Source of the DNA: Candidatus Marinacidobacterium sp.
GTDB taxonomy: Bacteria; Acidobacteriota; Vicinamibacteria; Marinacidobacterales; Marinacidobacteraceae
Direction: 5' to 3'
NCBI GenBank assembly: GCA_965220965.1
Contig: OZ244852.1
Span: 1,792,001-1,856,000 of the forward strand
DNA length: 64,000 nt
Shown in pieces: positions 55,006-64,000 of the stretch; position 1 is the stretch's first letter, and every line of letters starts with the position of its first letter. The notes under the pieces were generated by a model. That model did not search any database, was not told where the DNA came from, and saw only the letters and a list, made by a program, of their open reading frames with translations. The translations under genes were made by a program, and so were the position numbers.

Positions 55006-56829
55006 CTACACGGTGGCGTGGCGATGGAAGGCGACCCACTCGACGACCAGCAGCAGGAGGGCGAAGAGCGCCAGCAGCGGCCAGAGGGCGGAAACCGGGG
55101 CGGACGCCGGCGGCAGCGGAGCGGGAGCTTCCCCCGCCCAGGCCGAGCGGTTCAGGTCGGAGGCCTGGCGGTCCAGGAGACTGGCCGCCACCACGACTTC
55201 GCGCCCGCCGCCGGCGACGTAGTAGAGCGAGGGCTCGGCCGCCTGGAACGAGAGCTCGCGGCCGAGCCGCCGGAACGGCACGTCCCGGCCCTCCCCGTCG
55301 AAGACCACCCCCTCTCCGAGGGCCACCCGGACGGGCCCCAGTCCGACGCGCCGCACCTCCACGTCGGTGAGCCAGCTCAGGGCGCGGGACAGGAACACCG
55401 GAAAGTCCGGCTGGAGCGCCAGATTCGAGCGCCCCAGCGGGAACGCGAAGGCGGCGGCGCGGGCGGGGTCGTCGCGCACCGCGAACAGCCCCAGGCGGGA
55501 GTCGCCGAGCAGCACATCCCACCCCGGACCCGAGGGATCGAAGGCCTCGACGTCGCGCGCCAGCGCATCCTCGAAGTTGATCCCGGCGAGAAGCGGGTGA
55601 TCCTCGCGCCCGCTACGCACCGGAAGGGTGACCGCCGCCTCCATCTCGCCGGCCACTCGCGCCGGCAGCCAGTCCGCGGCTCCGGGGCCGGCGAACAGGA
55701 TCGGGCGGTCCGGGGCGACTTCCGGCGGGGCGCCTTCCATCACGACCAGGTCGAACGCGCCGGGGTCGAAATCGGCGAACGGATCCGATCCGGGCGGGCT
55801 CCGGGTCAGGCTGACCCGGGGATCCAGCCGGAGCGCGGCCTCCCAGTAGGGACTCTCGTCGCCGGCCAGCAGGATCCGGAGCCGGTTCCGGGAGGGCACG
55901 TAGGCGTGGGCCACATCGTCGGCGGCGAGGCCGTCGGCCCCGGACGCCGCGATCACCGCCCGCACCGGACCGGCGACGAACCCGGTGAGCGGGACGGTCT
56001 CGCCGTGCGGTTCGCCCGGCGCCACGCGGAAACTGCGGCGGACCGACGCTTCACCGGCGCCGTCGATCTGGAGCGCCACGGCCGCGCTCTCGTCCGAACC
56101 CACCGGATGGAACACAACCTCGATGAAGGCCTCGAAGCGGCCCGGGTCGGTCGGCAGCGGGCGAACGTCGAACGCGGTGATGCCGACGTTCTCGACCGGC
56201 TCGAAGACCGAGATCCGCCGCGCCCCGGCGGGGACTTCGGACACCCGGACGCCGTCTCCGATCACGATCACCTCCGCCTGCCCCGCCTCGCCCGGCTGCT
56301 CTCCGACCAGGTCCGAGAGGTCGGGCAGCGCGTGGGTCGGCCCGAAGTCGGGAGCGAGGTCGTTCACCGCCTCGTGAGCCGCGCGCCGGTCGGTGAAGGA
56401 CCGGCCGCCGCGCCGCCCGGCGGTGTCCAGGACGAGAAAGCGGGTCGCCGGGGCGGCGGCGTCGATGATCCGGTGCGCGTGGTCGGCCACCCGGTCCCAG
56501 CGCGCGCCGCCGTCCGCGACCTCCGCGGCCAGGCTGGGCGAGGTGTCGAGCACGAGCACGACCCGCCCTCCGGTTCCGGCGTCGCCGCGGACCGGCTCGA
56601 GGAGCGCCAGCGCGACCGCGAGCGAGGCGCACAGCGCGATGAGCAGCGAAATGAGCCAGCGCCAGAAGTCCTCCCGGCGCCGCCGCTCATCGAGGACCTT
56701 CCGCCAGATCAGGTTCGAGGGCACGCGCACCGGCTGCGGCTCGGGCCGGACCCAGTAGAGGATGAAGACGACCGCGGCGGTGACCGCCAGTCCTATCAGG
56801 ACGGTCAGCGGCGTGGCGGCGAAACCCAA
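55006..56829 (-). CDS. BatA-like N-terminal + vWA domain membrane protein
   Basis: Double-TM N-terminus, LDTSPSL MIDAS-like motif, C-terminal LL..EW TM; TTG start after GGAGG. Confidence 0.85.
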   Translation of the reverse strand: MGFAATPLTVLIGLAVTAAVVFILYWVRPEPQPVRVPSNLIWRKVLDERRRREDFWRWLISLLIALCASLAVALALLEPVRGDAGTGGRVVLVLDTSPSLAAEVADGGARWDRVADHAHRIIDAAAPATRFLVLDTAGRRGGRSFTDRRAAHEAVNDLAPDFGPTHALPDLSDLVGEQPGEAGQAEVIVIGDGVRVSEVPAGARRISVFEPVENVGITAFDVRPLPTDPGRFEAFIEVVFHPVGSDESAAVALQIDGAGEASVRRSFRVAPGEPHGETVPLTGFVAGPVRAVIAASGADGLAADDVAHAYVPSRNRLRILLAGDESPYWEAALRLDPRVSLTRSPPGSDPFADFDPGAFDLVVMEGAPPEVAPDRPILFAGPGAADWLPARVAGEMEAAVTLPVRSGREDHPLLAGINFEDALARDVEAFDPSGPGWDVLLGDSRLGLFAVRDDPARAAAFAFPLGRSNLALQPDFPVFLSRALSWLTDVEVRRVGLGPVRVALGEGVVFDGEGRDVPFRRLGRELSFQAAEPSLYYVAGGGREVVVAASLLDRQASDLNRSAWAGEAPAPLPPASAPVSALWPLLALFALLLLVVEWVAFHRHATV

Positions 56830-56844
56830 GGGAACCTCCGACTG

Positions 56845-57732
56845 CTAGCGGATGAAGCGATCCTGCTTGAAGATGTCGAGGATCGCCTGCTCGAACGGGA
56901 CGCCGGTGTTCGTCCGGGCGAACCCGAACCCGTAGCGGGAGCAGTAGTCCATGACTTCCTGACGATGGGAGTCGAGCGCCTCGCGGTAGCGGACGAGGAG
57001 CCGGGGGGTCACCCGCACCCGGCGCTCGGAGCCGTCCTCCGCGTCGGTCAGCAGCGCCTCGTCCGGGAGCTGGGGGTCCTCCTCCTGCGGCGTGAGGATC
57101 TGGACGATGACCATGTCGTGCTTCTGGTAACGGCACGCGTCGAAGGCGCCGAGCAGGTCCTCGGAGTCCATGAGGTCGGAGAGAACCACCGCCAGCCCGC
57201 GCTTGCGGCGGGAACCGAAGAAGGCGCGGAAGCTCTGGGCGAGCGATGTGCCGCCGCCGATCTCCCCGGCGTCGAGGAAGCGAAACGCCCGGTAGATCTG
57301 GTTCCGGCCCCGCTTGGGGGGCATCCAGCCGCCGATCCGCGAGGCGTACCAGGCGATGGAGATCAGGTCGTGGTTCATGAGCCCGATGTAGGACAGCGCT
57401 CCCGCCATCTTGCGGGCGTAGTCGAACTTGGGCGGCGCCCCGAAGGCCATCGAATCGCTCTGGTCCACGAACAGGTAGACCGGCAGGTCGGCTTCCTCGT
57501 CGAAGATCCGCAGCACGAGGCGGTCGAGCCGTAGGAACGCCTTCCAGTCCACATCCCGCGTGTCGTCGCCGTCCACGTAGGGGCGGTAGTCGGCGAGCTC
57601 GATGCCGGTCCCGCGCTTCCGGGCGCGGTGCTCGCCGCGATGCCGGCTGGGCAGCATCCGGGTCGCCATGAGCTTGAGGTACTCGAGACGCTCCATGAAC
57701 TCGGCGTCGAAGAGAGTCTTCGCTTCGCTCAT
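56845..57732 (-). CDS. DUF58 domain protein
   Basis: G.E.ADYRPY..GDD.R.VDW, DQSDSM, SD. Confidence 0.92.
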   Translation of the reverse strand: MSEAKTLFDAEFMERLEYLKLMATRMLPSRHRGEHRARKRGTGIELADYRPYVDGDDTRDVDWKAFLRLDRLVLRIFDEEADLPVYLFVDQSDSMAFGAPPKFDYARKMAGALSYIGLMNHDLISIAWYASRIGGWMPPKRGRNQIYRAFRFLDAGEIGGGTSLAQSFRAFFGSRRKRGLAVVLSDLMDSEDLLGAFDACRYQKHDMVIVQILTPQEEDPQLPDEALLTDAEDGSERRVRVTPRLLVRYREALDSHRQEVMDYCSRYGFGFARTNTGVPFEQAILDIFKQDRFIR

Positions 57733-57802
57733 CGTGCTGGCGGGATCAGGTCAGCGGCGCGCGCTGGCGGTGCGCCGGTCCGTGCGGCGACCACCAGTTC
57801 CG

Positions 57803-58825
57803 TCAGTCGCCGGGGGTCGGGACCGAGGCCACGATTTCCCGGAGGATGTCGTCGGTGTCCACCCGGTCCGCCTCTCCCTCGAAGTTCAGCAGGAGGCGGT
57901 GCCGCAGCGTGGGCATCACGCTGTCGCGGATGTCCTGGGCGGCGACGTGGAGCCGTCCGGCGAGCAGCGCCTTGACCTTTCCGGAGAGCACGAGCGCCTG
58001 CGTTCCTCGGGGGCTGGCGCCGAACTTGACGTAGCGGTTGGTGAGCGCGTGGGCGTAGCCGGAGCCGGGGTGCGTCCCCATCGTGAGCCGGATCGCGTAG
58101 TCCTGGATGGGCCGCGCGACCGGGACCGAGAGGACGGTCTCGCGCATCTCGAGGACCTCGTCGCGGGTCACCATCGCCTCCGCCTTGGGCTCCTCCACGG
58201 CGGTCGTCCGCTCCACGATCTCGCGGAGTTCGTCCTCGCCGGGATAGCCGATGCGGAGCTTCATCAGGAACCGGTCCATCTGGGCTTCGGGAAGCGGGTA
58301 GGTGCCTTCGAGCTCGATCGGGTTCTGGGTGGCCATCACGAAGAACGGCTCCTCGAGACGGTAGGTGGTGTTTCCGACGGAGACGCTCTTCTCCTGCATC
58401 GCCTCGAGCAGGGCGGACTGCGACTTGGGCGTTGCCCGGTTGACCTCGTCCGCCAGCATCAGGTTGCAGAAGATCGGCCCGGGCTGGAAGTCCAGGATCT
58501 TGGCGCCGGTCTCGGTCTCGCGGACCACGTTCGTGCCGACGATGTCCCCCGGCATCAGGTCGGGAGTGAACTGAACCCGGTTGAAGCGGAGGTGCATGGC
58601 CTCGGACAGGGTCTGGACGATCTTCGTCTTCCCGAGTCCGGGAATCCCTTCGAGGAGCACATGGCCCCGGGTGAGAAGGCAGATGAGGATGTTGCTGACA
58701 ACTTCCTCGTTGCCCACGATCACGCGTCCGACTTCGGCGAGGATCCGGTCGTGGCGCTCCCGGAAGGTGGCCACGCGGCCTTCGATCTCCGCGGCCGCGT
58801 CGGGCGCGAGTGTCTGGGGAGTCAC
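57803..58825 (-). CDS. moxR: MoxR family AAA+ ATPase
   Basis: EGIPGLGKT, RVQFTPDLMPGD, DEVNR, ATQNPIE.EGTYPLPEAQ.DRF; GTG start 58825. Confidence 0.95.
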   Translation of the reverse strand: MTPQTLAPDAAAEIEGRVATFRERHDRILAEVGRVIVGNEEVVSNILICLLTRGHVLLEGIPGLGKTKIVQTLSEAMHLRFNRVQFTPDLMPGDIVGTNVVRETETGAKILDFQPGPIFCNLMLADEVNRATPKSQSALLEAMQEKSVSVGNTTYRLEEPFFVMATQNPIELEGTYPLPEAQMDRFLMKLRIGYPGEDELREIVERTTAVEEPKAEAMVTRDEVLEMRETVLSVPVARPIQDYAIRLTMGTHPGSGYAHALTNRYVKFGASPRGTQALVLSGKVKALLAGRLHVAAQDIRDSVMPTLRHRLLLNFEGEADRVDTDDILREIVASVPTPGD

Positions 58826-60366
58826 GGGTTTTCTGCTCCTTCGGCGTCTTCCGCGGAGACGGCCGTCTCGCGGATGAGGAGGAAATAGGCGCGGACGAGC
58901 GAGCGGAGGCCGGCGGGAACGCGCGTCCGGGTGGAGACCGCCTCTTCGGCGTATTCCGAGAGCGAGGTCACCGAGTCGTACGCCACGGTGGCGTCTTCCC
59001 GGCGGCTCTGCCGCTCGATCATCTGTTCGGGCGTCGGCTCCTCTTCGAGGGGAGGGGGAATCGCCTCGAGCTCGAGCTGGACTTCGAGGCTGGTGGACGC
59101 GCCGAAGACATCCGACTCGCCACCGCCCCCGGGGCCGGTCATGTTCCCGGCGGGGCCCGCCTCCATGGGGATCGGGGCGCCCATCTCCCCTTCGGCGGCG
59201 ACCATCTGCACCTGCCCGGACATCCCCGCCGCGCCTTGCGGCATCCCGCCGGCGGGCTCGCCGCCCTCGCCGGCCTGGGGCTGTCCGCCGCCCTCGCCGT
59301 CGCCGGGGAAGGGCATCTGCTGGGCGCCCGCCTCCGCGGAGGCGCTCATCCCCTCGCCCTCCATCCCCTGGAAGTTCTCGGCGAGCTGCTGGAACGCCTC
59401 CTCGGCGCTCATGCCCGACTCCATGAGCTCCATCATCTCGGTCGCGGCGGCCGATGCGGCGTCCCCATCCGCCCCCGCTTCGAGAGCCTCGAGAAGGGCC
59501 GCAAGCTCTTCCGGGCTGTTCGCGGCGCGCATCGCCTCGGAGAGGCCCTCCAGCCATTCGGAGGCGGTCACCGCATCGGCGGAGTCGAGCGCCTCGGCCA
59601 GACCGGCGAGCGCGGCCGCGACCTCTTCGGAGGACTCCTGGAACCCCCGCTCCTCCATCGCCGCGGCGAGCGCGGCGTCGGCGCCCTCTCCCTCGGCGCC
59701 GGGCGCGTCGGGAAGGCGAAGCTCTCCGGCGCGGAGCTCGGCGAGGATCTCCTCCGGCGAACGGGCCTCGGCCCGGGCCTCCGCGGCGTCTTCGCCGGTC
59801 TCCTCCCGCTGGGGATCGGGATCGGGATCCATGGCGAATCCGGAGAGGCCCTCGGCGAGGCGCGCCCGGAAGTCCTCGGGGATCAGGGCGCCGTCCGCCA
59901 GGGGCAGCAGGAGGGCGGCCAGACCCAGCGCCGCAAACGAGGCCGCGGTCTTGCGGCCGACCCGGAAGGCGAGAAGCCGCCCGGCTTCGAGGTCATCGGC
60001 GCGAGCCCGCGCCCGCTCCATCTGGAGTTCCTCCCACGGCCCATCGGGCGTCTGGTCGTGGAACCACTGCGCCGAAACCAGCTCGTCGTCGAGCTCGCCG
60101 GCGCGATCTCCGGCGGCGGCCGCCCGGATCGGATCGGAGCCGCGCGCGAAACGGACGACCACGATGGCGACGCCGAGACCGGCGACCAGCGGAGTCAGCC
60201 AGACAACGCCCTCTCCGAACAGCCTCGGGACGAACAGCGCCGCCGCCGACGCGGCGGCGACCAGGCCCAGCTCGCGCACCGCAGCCGTAGTCCGCAGCCG
60301 GAGATCCAGCCGACGGATGAGATCGTGGAAGGGGCCGCGGGACGGGGAGGTCCGGCGGGAAGTCAC
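58822..60366 (-). CDS. Membrane-anchored acidic/helical protein, first gene of the MoxR operon
   Basis: N-terminal TMs, long acidic helical region, C-terminal VP...R.LV..YF motif. Confidence 0.75.
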   Translation of the reverse strand: MTSRRTSPSRGPFHDLIRRLDLRLRTTAAVRELGLVAAASAAALFVPRLFGEGVVWLTPLVAGLGVAIVVVRFARGSDPIRAAAAGDRAGELDDELVSAQWFHDQTPDGPWEELQMERARARADDLEAGRLLAFRVGRKTAASFAALGLAALLLPLADGALIPEDFRARLAEGLSGFAMDPDPDPQREETGEDAAEARAEARSPEEILAELRAGELRLPDAPGAEGEGADAALAAAMEERGFQESSEEVAAALAGLAEALDSADAVTASEWLEGLSEAMRAANSPEELAALLEALEAGADGDAASAAATEMMELMESGMSAEEAFQQLAENFQGMEGEGMSASAEAGAQQMPFPGDGEGGGQPQAGEGGEPAGGMPQGAAGMSGQVQMVAAEGEMGAPIPMEAGPAGNMTGPGGGGESDVFGASTSLEVQLELEAIPPPLEEEPTPEQMIERQSRREDATVAYDSVTSLSEYAEEAVSTRTRVPAGLRSLVRAYFLLIRETAVSAEDAEGAENP

Positions 60367-60536
60367 GAAATCAGCTCAGGCCGCCCGACGGCAGGCGCAA
60401 TTCGGCGGATTCTACCAGCCAGATCGTGGCGTCACGCGGCCGGGTTTCCCGCGTCCGCCTCAAGCGCCGCGAGGGTCATGCGCCCCGCAGCGCGACCCTG
60501 GCGGCGGCGTGGCGAGGCGACCCTCCGGCGCCCCCG

Positions 60537-61622
60537 TTACCCGCGCGAAACCGGGTTCCACCGGACCGCATAGACGGGAGGCAACTGATGAGTGATCAGA
60601 TCCCACGAGTCGCCCTGGTTCTCGGAGATCCAGAGGCCGCCGGTCGTGGTGGCGAGGGCCAGGGTGTCGCCATCGGCGTGAACGGCGAGACCGTGCCGGA
60701 AGACGACGGCGAACGAGTTGGCGTCGGGAAGGCCGCGACCGAGAGTCTCCCAGGCGCCGCCCCCGTCCCGGGTCCGGGCCACGACCATTCGCTGGTCGAC
60801 CGGCACCCGGCACTCGTCCTTCACCAGCGGGACGCTCCAGGCGGTGTCCCGGTCCTCGGGGTGAGCCGCCACCGCGAACCCGAACGAGGACGGAGGCACA
60901 TCGAGCGAAGTCCAGGTTTCGGCGCCGTCGTCGGAACGGAAGAACGCGTTGTGGTGCTGGCACCAGATGCGGTTCCGGTCCGACTCGCACCAGGCCAGCC
61001 GGTGAGGATCCTGGATGCCCGGGTCATGCCGACCCTCGGGCGGCATGTAGTCGGCGAACATCCCCTCGGTCCGCACCGCGAAGGTTTCGCCTCCGTCGTC
61101 GCTCACCCACACCCCGCCGCAGGACACGCCGCAGACGACCCGGCGCCCGTCGGGCGAGACGAGGACCGAGTGGATCCCCGAGTGGGGGAAGCCGCCGCCG
61201 AACCACTGGCTGCGGAGGGGCTGCTCCCAGAGGTTCCGGTTCAGCTCCCAGGAGGCGCCGCCGTCGTCGGAGCGGAACAGCGCTCCCGGCATCACGCCGC
61301 ACCAGAGCGTCCCGGGCTCGGGGCCGGCGGCCTCGAGGCACCACAGCATCTTCACCGAAGGGGCCTTCTTGTCCCCCGGTTCTCCGGCGGGAAGCGCCGG
61401 CGAGGGAAGTTCGGTGAACGAGGCGCCGTCATCCTCGGAGACCCGCAGCTTGACTCCGAAATGGCCGAGATCCATCGCGGCGTAGATCCGCCCGTCGCGC
61501 GGGTCGGGGAGAAGCTGGGACACCGGGTCTCCCACGAAAGCGCTCCGGGCCACCCGCCAGTCGCCGCGAGCGGCGCGGCGGAATGCCAGGTAGCCCTTGC
61601 GGGTGCCGAGGTGAAGGAGCAT
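60537..61622 (-). CDS. BNR/Asp-box repeat beta-propeller (sialidase-like) protein
   Basis: Repeated S.DGG.TW Asp boxes; GTRKG, DPH, QHH motifs. Confidence 0.88.
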   Translation of the reverse strand: MLLHLGTRKGYLAFRRAARGDWRVARSAFVGDPVSQLLPDPRDGRIYAAMDLGHFGVKLRVSEDDGASFTELPSPALPAGEPGDKKAPSVKMLWCLEAAGPEPGTLWCGVMPGALFRSDDGGASWELNRNLWEQPLRSQWFGGGFPHSGIHSVLVSPDGRRVVCGVSCGGVWVSDDGGETFAVRTEGMFADYMPPEGRHDPGIQDPHRLAWCESDRNRIWCQHHNAFFRSDDGAETWTSLDVPPSSFGFAVAAHPEDRDTAWSVPLVKDECRVPVDQRMVVARTRDGGGAWETLGRGLPDANSFAVVFRHGLAVHADGDTLALATTTGGLWISENQGDSWDLITHQLPPVYAVRWNPVSRG

Positions 61623-61624
61623 GG

Positions 61625-61894
61625 TCAGCCTCCGGACAGGGCCTGCATCACGTGGACTTCGGCGTCGGGGCCGAGGGGGTCGGCGAGCCGGATGCGGTCC
61701 CGGACGGCCGCGCCATCCACGTAGACGACGACATGGGTTCGCAGCCGCCCCTGGTCATCGAGGATGTAGGAGCGGAGTTGCGGGTTCTTCTCGAAGACCT
61801 GATGGAGCGCGGCGCCGACGGTGGCGCCGGTGGTCCGGGCGCTCTCCACCGCCAGGTGCCGGCGCAGGTTCGGCGTGAAATGAACCTGGGGCAA
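61625..61894 (-). CDS. MoaD/ThiS family ubiquitin-like protein
   Basis: 89 aa beta-grasp pattern, C-terminal ALSGG. Confidence 0.88.
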   Translation of the reverse strand: MPQVHFTPNLRRHLAVESARTTGATVGAALHQVFEKNPQLRSYILDDQGRLRTHVVVYVDGAAVRDRIRLADPLGPDAEVHVMQALSGG

Positions 61895-61919
61895 GGGTTG
61901 CGGGGGGCTTCGGGCGGCG

Positions 61920-62819
61920 CTAGCGCAGGTCGTCGGCGAGCCGGGAAAGGGCGCTCTGGACTCTCCGCTGGTTGTCGGGGCCGAAGCGGAGGAGGTGCTT
62001 GCTGGCGTCGTCGAGGTCCTCGAGACGCGGGTCCAGGTACTCGTAGCGGAGCGTGACCTCCCGCAGGAGGATCGGGACCTCGGGCATCGGGACGGAAGTC
62101 AGTCGGTCCAATGCGGCGAGCAGCGCCTCCAGGAAGGTGCGGTCGGGGCGGCCCAGCTCCCCATACGCCTCGTCGAGGAGGGGCATGACCCGGCGGATCG
62201 CCGCCGCGAGCACCCCGATGTCCGCCTCGGCGATGGCGTCCGACACCGAGTCGTAGCGCCGGAAGGACGAAGCGGCCACCTCGAGCCCGGCTTCGGTCTC
62301 CTCGACCGCGAACGGCGCGTCCGGGCCCAGTCCGCGGAGCGGGACCCTCGGCGAGTTTCCTTCGGCGATGTTCTCCACGACGACCACGATCCGCCGGATC
62401 AGGTCATCGCCGAGCAGCCAGGCGAGGGCGTCCGGATGCGAAGTCGCGGCCGCGAGAAGCGACCGGAGGAAGGCGTCGCTCTCGTCGAGGCCGGGAAGCG
62501 GCGGCTCCTCGATGACCGGCGGCGCCTCTTCGGCGGCGACCGGTTCGGCGACGGGTTCGGGCGGCGGGGGCTCCGGGGCGTCGTCCCGCAGGAGAAACCA
62601 GCCCACCAGCGCGGCGGCGATCAGCGCGACCGCGAGGATCCCGATGACCACCCGGGACCCCGGGCGCTCCGAGGACGCCGACTCGTCCTCCCCGGAACTG
62701 ATCTGCCCCCAGTCGTCCTCTTCGGCTTTCCGGACCACCAGCTCCTCGCCGCCGGGCGCGGATTCCTCGGGGAGCGATTCCTCCGGCGGGCGCCTGCTCA
62801 TCCAACGGTCCTTCGCCAC
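61920..62819 (-). CDS. DUF3014 domain protein
   Basis: Single TM; LP.LDESD, RYD, AY.ELG, Y.Y.DP.LE, LLR.GP.N. Confidence 0.8.
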   Translation of the reverse strand: MAKDRWMSRRPPEESLPEESAPGGEELVVRKAEEDDWGQISSGEDESASSERPGSRVVIGILAVALIAAALVGWFLLRDDAPEPPPPEPVAEPVAAEEAPPVIEEPPLPGLDESDAFLRSLLAAATSHPDALAWLLGDDLIRRIVVVVENIAEGNSPRVPLRGLGPDAPFAVEETEAGLEVAASSFRRYDSVSDAIAEADIGVLAAAIRRVMPLLDEAYGELGRPDRTFLEALLAALDRLTSVPMPEVPILLREVTLRYEYLDPRLEDLDDASKHLLRFGPDNQRRVQSALSRLADDLR

Positions 62820-62893
62820 TCATGATAACGGGAAGGGCGTCGACCAAGGGAGCGTTCGGCGCGTCGGGCCGCGAGTAGGATTTCCCGGCGGCG

Positions 62894-63073
62894 ATGCTCC
62901 GGTTCCGAAATCTGGCGATCGTCGCGCTCCTGGCGTCGGCGGTCTACGCGCTGCTGCCGCGCGAGCGGAAGGTCCGGTTCACCGGAAAACTGCGGGAGTT
63001 CGGGCGCGCCCTCGTCGTCTCGATGGTGCTCTACTGGATGCTCATGCTGGGCCGGAGCTGGTTCGCCGGCTGA
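62894..63073 (+). CDS. Small 59-aa two-TM membrane protein (absent from the ORF track)
   Basis: [59 protein letters not shown]; TAGGAT -10-like element upstream. Confidence 0.6.
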   Translation: MLRFRNLAIVALLASAVYALLPRERKVRFTGKLREFGRALVVSMVLYWMLMLGRSWFAG

Positions 63074-63113
63074 CGCGTCGGGACCGCAGCCAGAACCCGG
63101 GAGAGAGATCGCC

Positions 63114-63572
63114 ATGTCATCCGAGGACCGCAAGATCCGCCGCACGGAACGCGAGTGGCGGGAGCAACTGACGCCCACCCAGTTCGCCGTGACCCGTCGC
63201 GGCGCAACCGAGCGTCCCTTCACGGGAGCGCTGCTCGGGAACCGGGCGGCGGGGGACTACCGCTGCGTCTGCTGCGGGGAGCTGCTCTTCCGCTCCTCCG
63301 ACAAGTTCGACTCGGCGTGCGGCTGGCCCAGCTTCACCCGACCCGCCGCCGGGGATGCGATCGAGGTCTCGGAGGACCGGAGCCTGGGGATGGTGCGCGA
63401 CGAGGCGCGCTGCGCCCGCTGCGACGCCCACCTGGGCCATGTCTTTCCCGACGGACCGGTGCAGGCGACCGGGGACCGGTGGTGCATCAACTCCGCCGCG
63501 CTCAGCTTCCGGTCCGCCGACGAGGATCCCGGGACCGGCCCGGACGGAGGAGGAACCGGCGACGACCGCTGA
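63114..63572 (+). CDS. msrB: Peptide-methionine (R)-S-oxide reductase
   Basis: TERPF, CxxC pairs, KFDS..GWPSF, HLGHVF.DG, CINS. Confidence 0.95.
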   Translation: MSSEDRKIRRTEREWREQLTPTQFAVTRRGATERPFTGALLGNRAAGDYRCVCCGELLFRSSDKFDSACGWPSFTRPAAGDAIEVSEDRSLGMVRDEARCARCDAHLGHVFPDGPVQATGDRWCINSAALSFRSADEDPGTGPDGGGTGDDR

Positions 63573-64000
63573 CCCCTGGACCGTCGTCGCGCTGCTCGCG
63601 CCCGCCGGTTTCGTCGCCGGAGTCCTGAACACGGTAGCCGGCGGCGGCTCGTTCCTGACCCTGCCGCTGCTCATCCTTCTGGGTCTGCCCCACGCGACCG
63701 CGAACGGCACGAACCGCCTCGCGATCCTGATCCAGAGCGCCGGCGCCACCGCCGCCTTCCGCCGCGCGGACGCCGTCCCCGCCGGCGCGCTGCTCCGCCT
63801 CGGGCTGTTCGCCATCCTGGGCGCGGGCGCGGGGAGCGCGCTGGCGCTCCAGGTCGGGGAGACCGCGTTTCTCCGGTTCCTCTCGATCGTCATGGTGCTG
63901 TTTGCGCTGATCCCGCTGCTCTCCCGCCGCGCGGCGACGAGCCCGCAGGACGCCTCCCGCCGCGCCCGAGGCGCGGCGCTCCCCCTCGCCTTCCTCGCGG
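63562..64000 (+). CDS. Sulfite exporter TauE/SafE family (3' partial; start unresolved)
   Basis: AGFVAG.LN.VAGGGS.LTLP.L..LGLP...ANGTN; open to the window end. Confidence 0.8.

Noticed and set aside
53497-57534. 1345-aa plus-strand ORF
   Set aside because: Antisense shadow across gltX, vWA and DUF58 genes; no recognisable domain
55006-60366. MoxR-DUF58-vWA operon as a novel system
   Set aside because: Widespread, well-described arrangement with no unusual component identifiable here
63114-63572. MsrB as a second selenoprotein
   Set aside because: Catalytic residue is Cys (TGC, CINS); the only TGA is the terminal stop
1-64000. CRISPR array, tRNA, rRNA, integrase or transposase genes
   Set aside because: None recognised; a dedicated scan could not be run

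Overview
A very GC-rich bacterial chromosomal segment with about 52 CDS and no rRNA, tRNA or CRISPR array that I could recognise. The content (large Oar-like TonB receptor, multiheme-TPR and TPR-carboxypeptidase-regulatory proteins, PQQ-like propeller, MoxR-DUF58-vWA operon, many secreted hydrolases, an ankyrin protein) suggests an Acidobacteriota, possibly host- or sponge-associated; this is inference only. Housekeeping and redox genes include glnS, gltX, ggt, msrB, soxCD-type sulfite dehydrogenase, rubrerythrin-FeS oxidoreductase-DUF3501 and a heme-type TonB receptor. Main observations the ORF track does not show: (1) an ArsC/thioredoxin-fold selenoprotein candidate (UxxC, in-frame UGA, SECIS-like hairpin) at 49714-50064; (2) a near-consensus sigma70 promoter ahead of a ~260-nt structured RNA with a 15-codon SD-led micro-ORF, mutually exclusive hairpins and a U-tract, upstream of a lipoprotein hydrolase homologue with no in-frame start; (3) an integrase-less MTase/putative endonuclease cassette bracketed by a 40-bp duplication of a host gene's 3' end, with a MITE-like element beside it; (4) exported versions of normally cytoplasmic amino-acid enzymes, several D-specific (circularly permuted Tat-lipoprotein D-amino acid oxidase with a probable CTG start, lipoprotein RidA, DppA, D-aminoacylase, Tat PLP enzyme), suggesting envelope-level D-amino-acid and amide processing. 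All coordinates and motif readings were made by hand; no searches were run.
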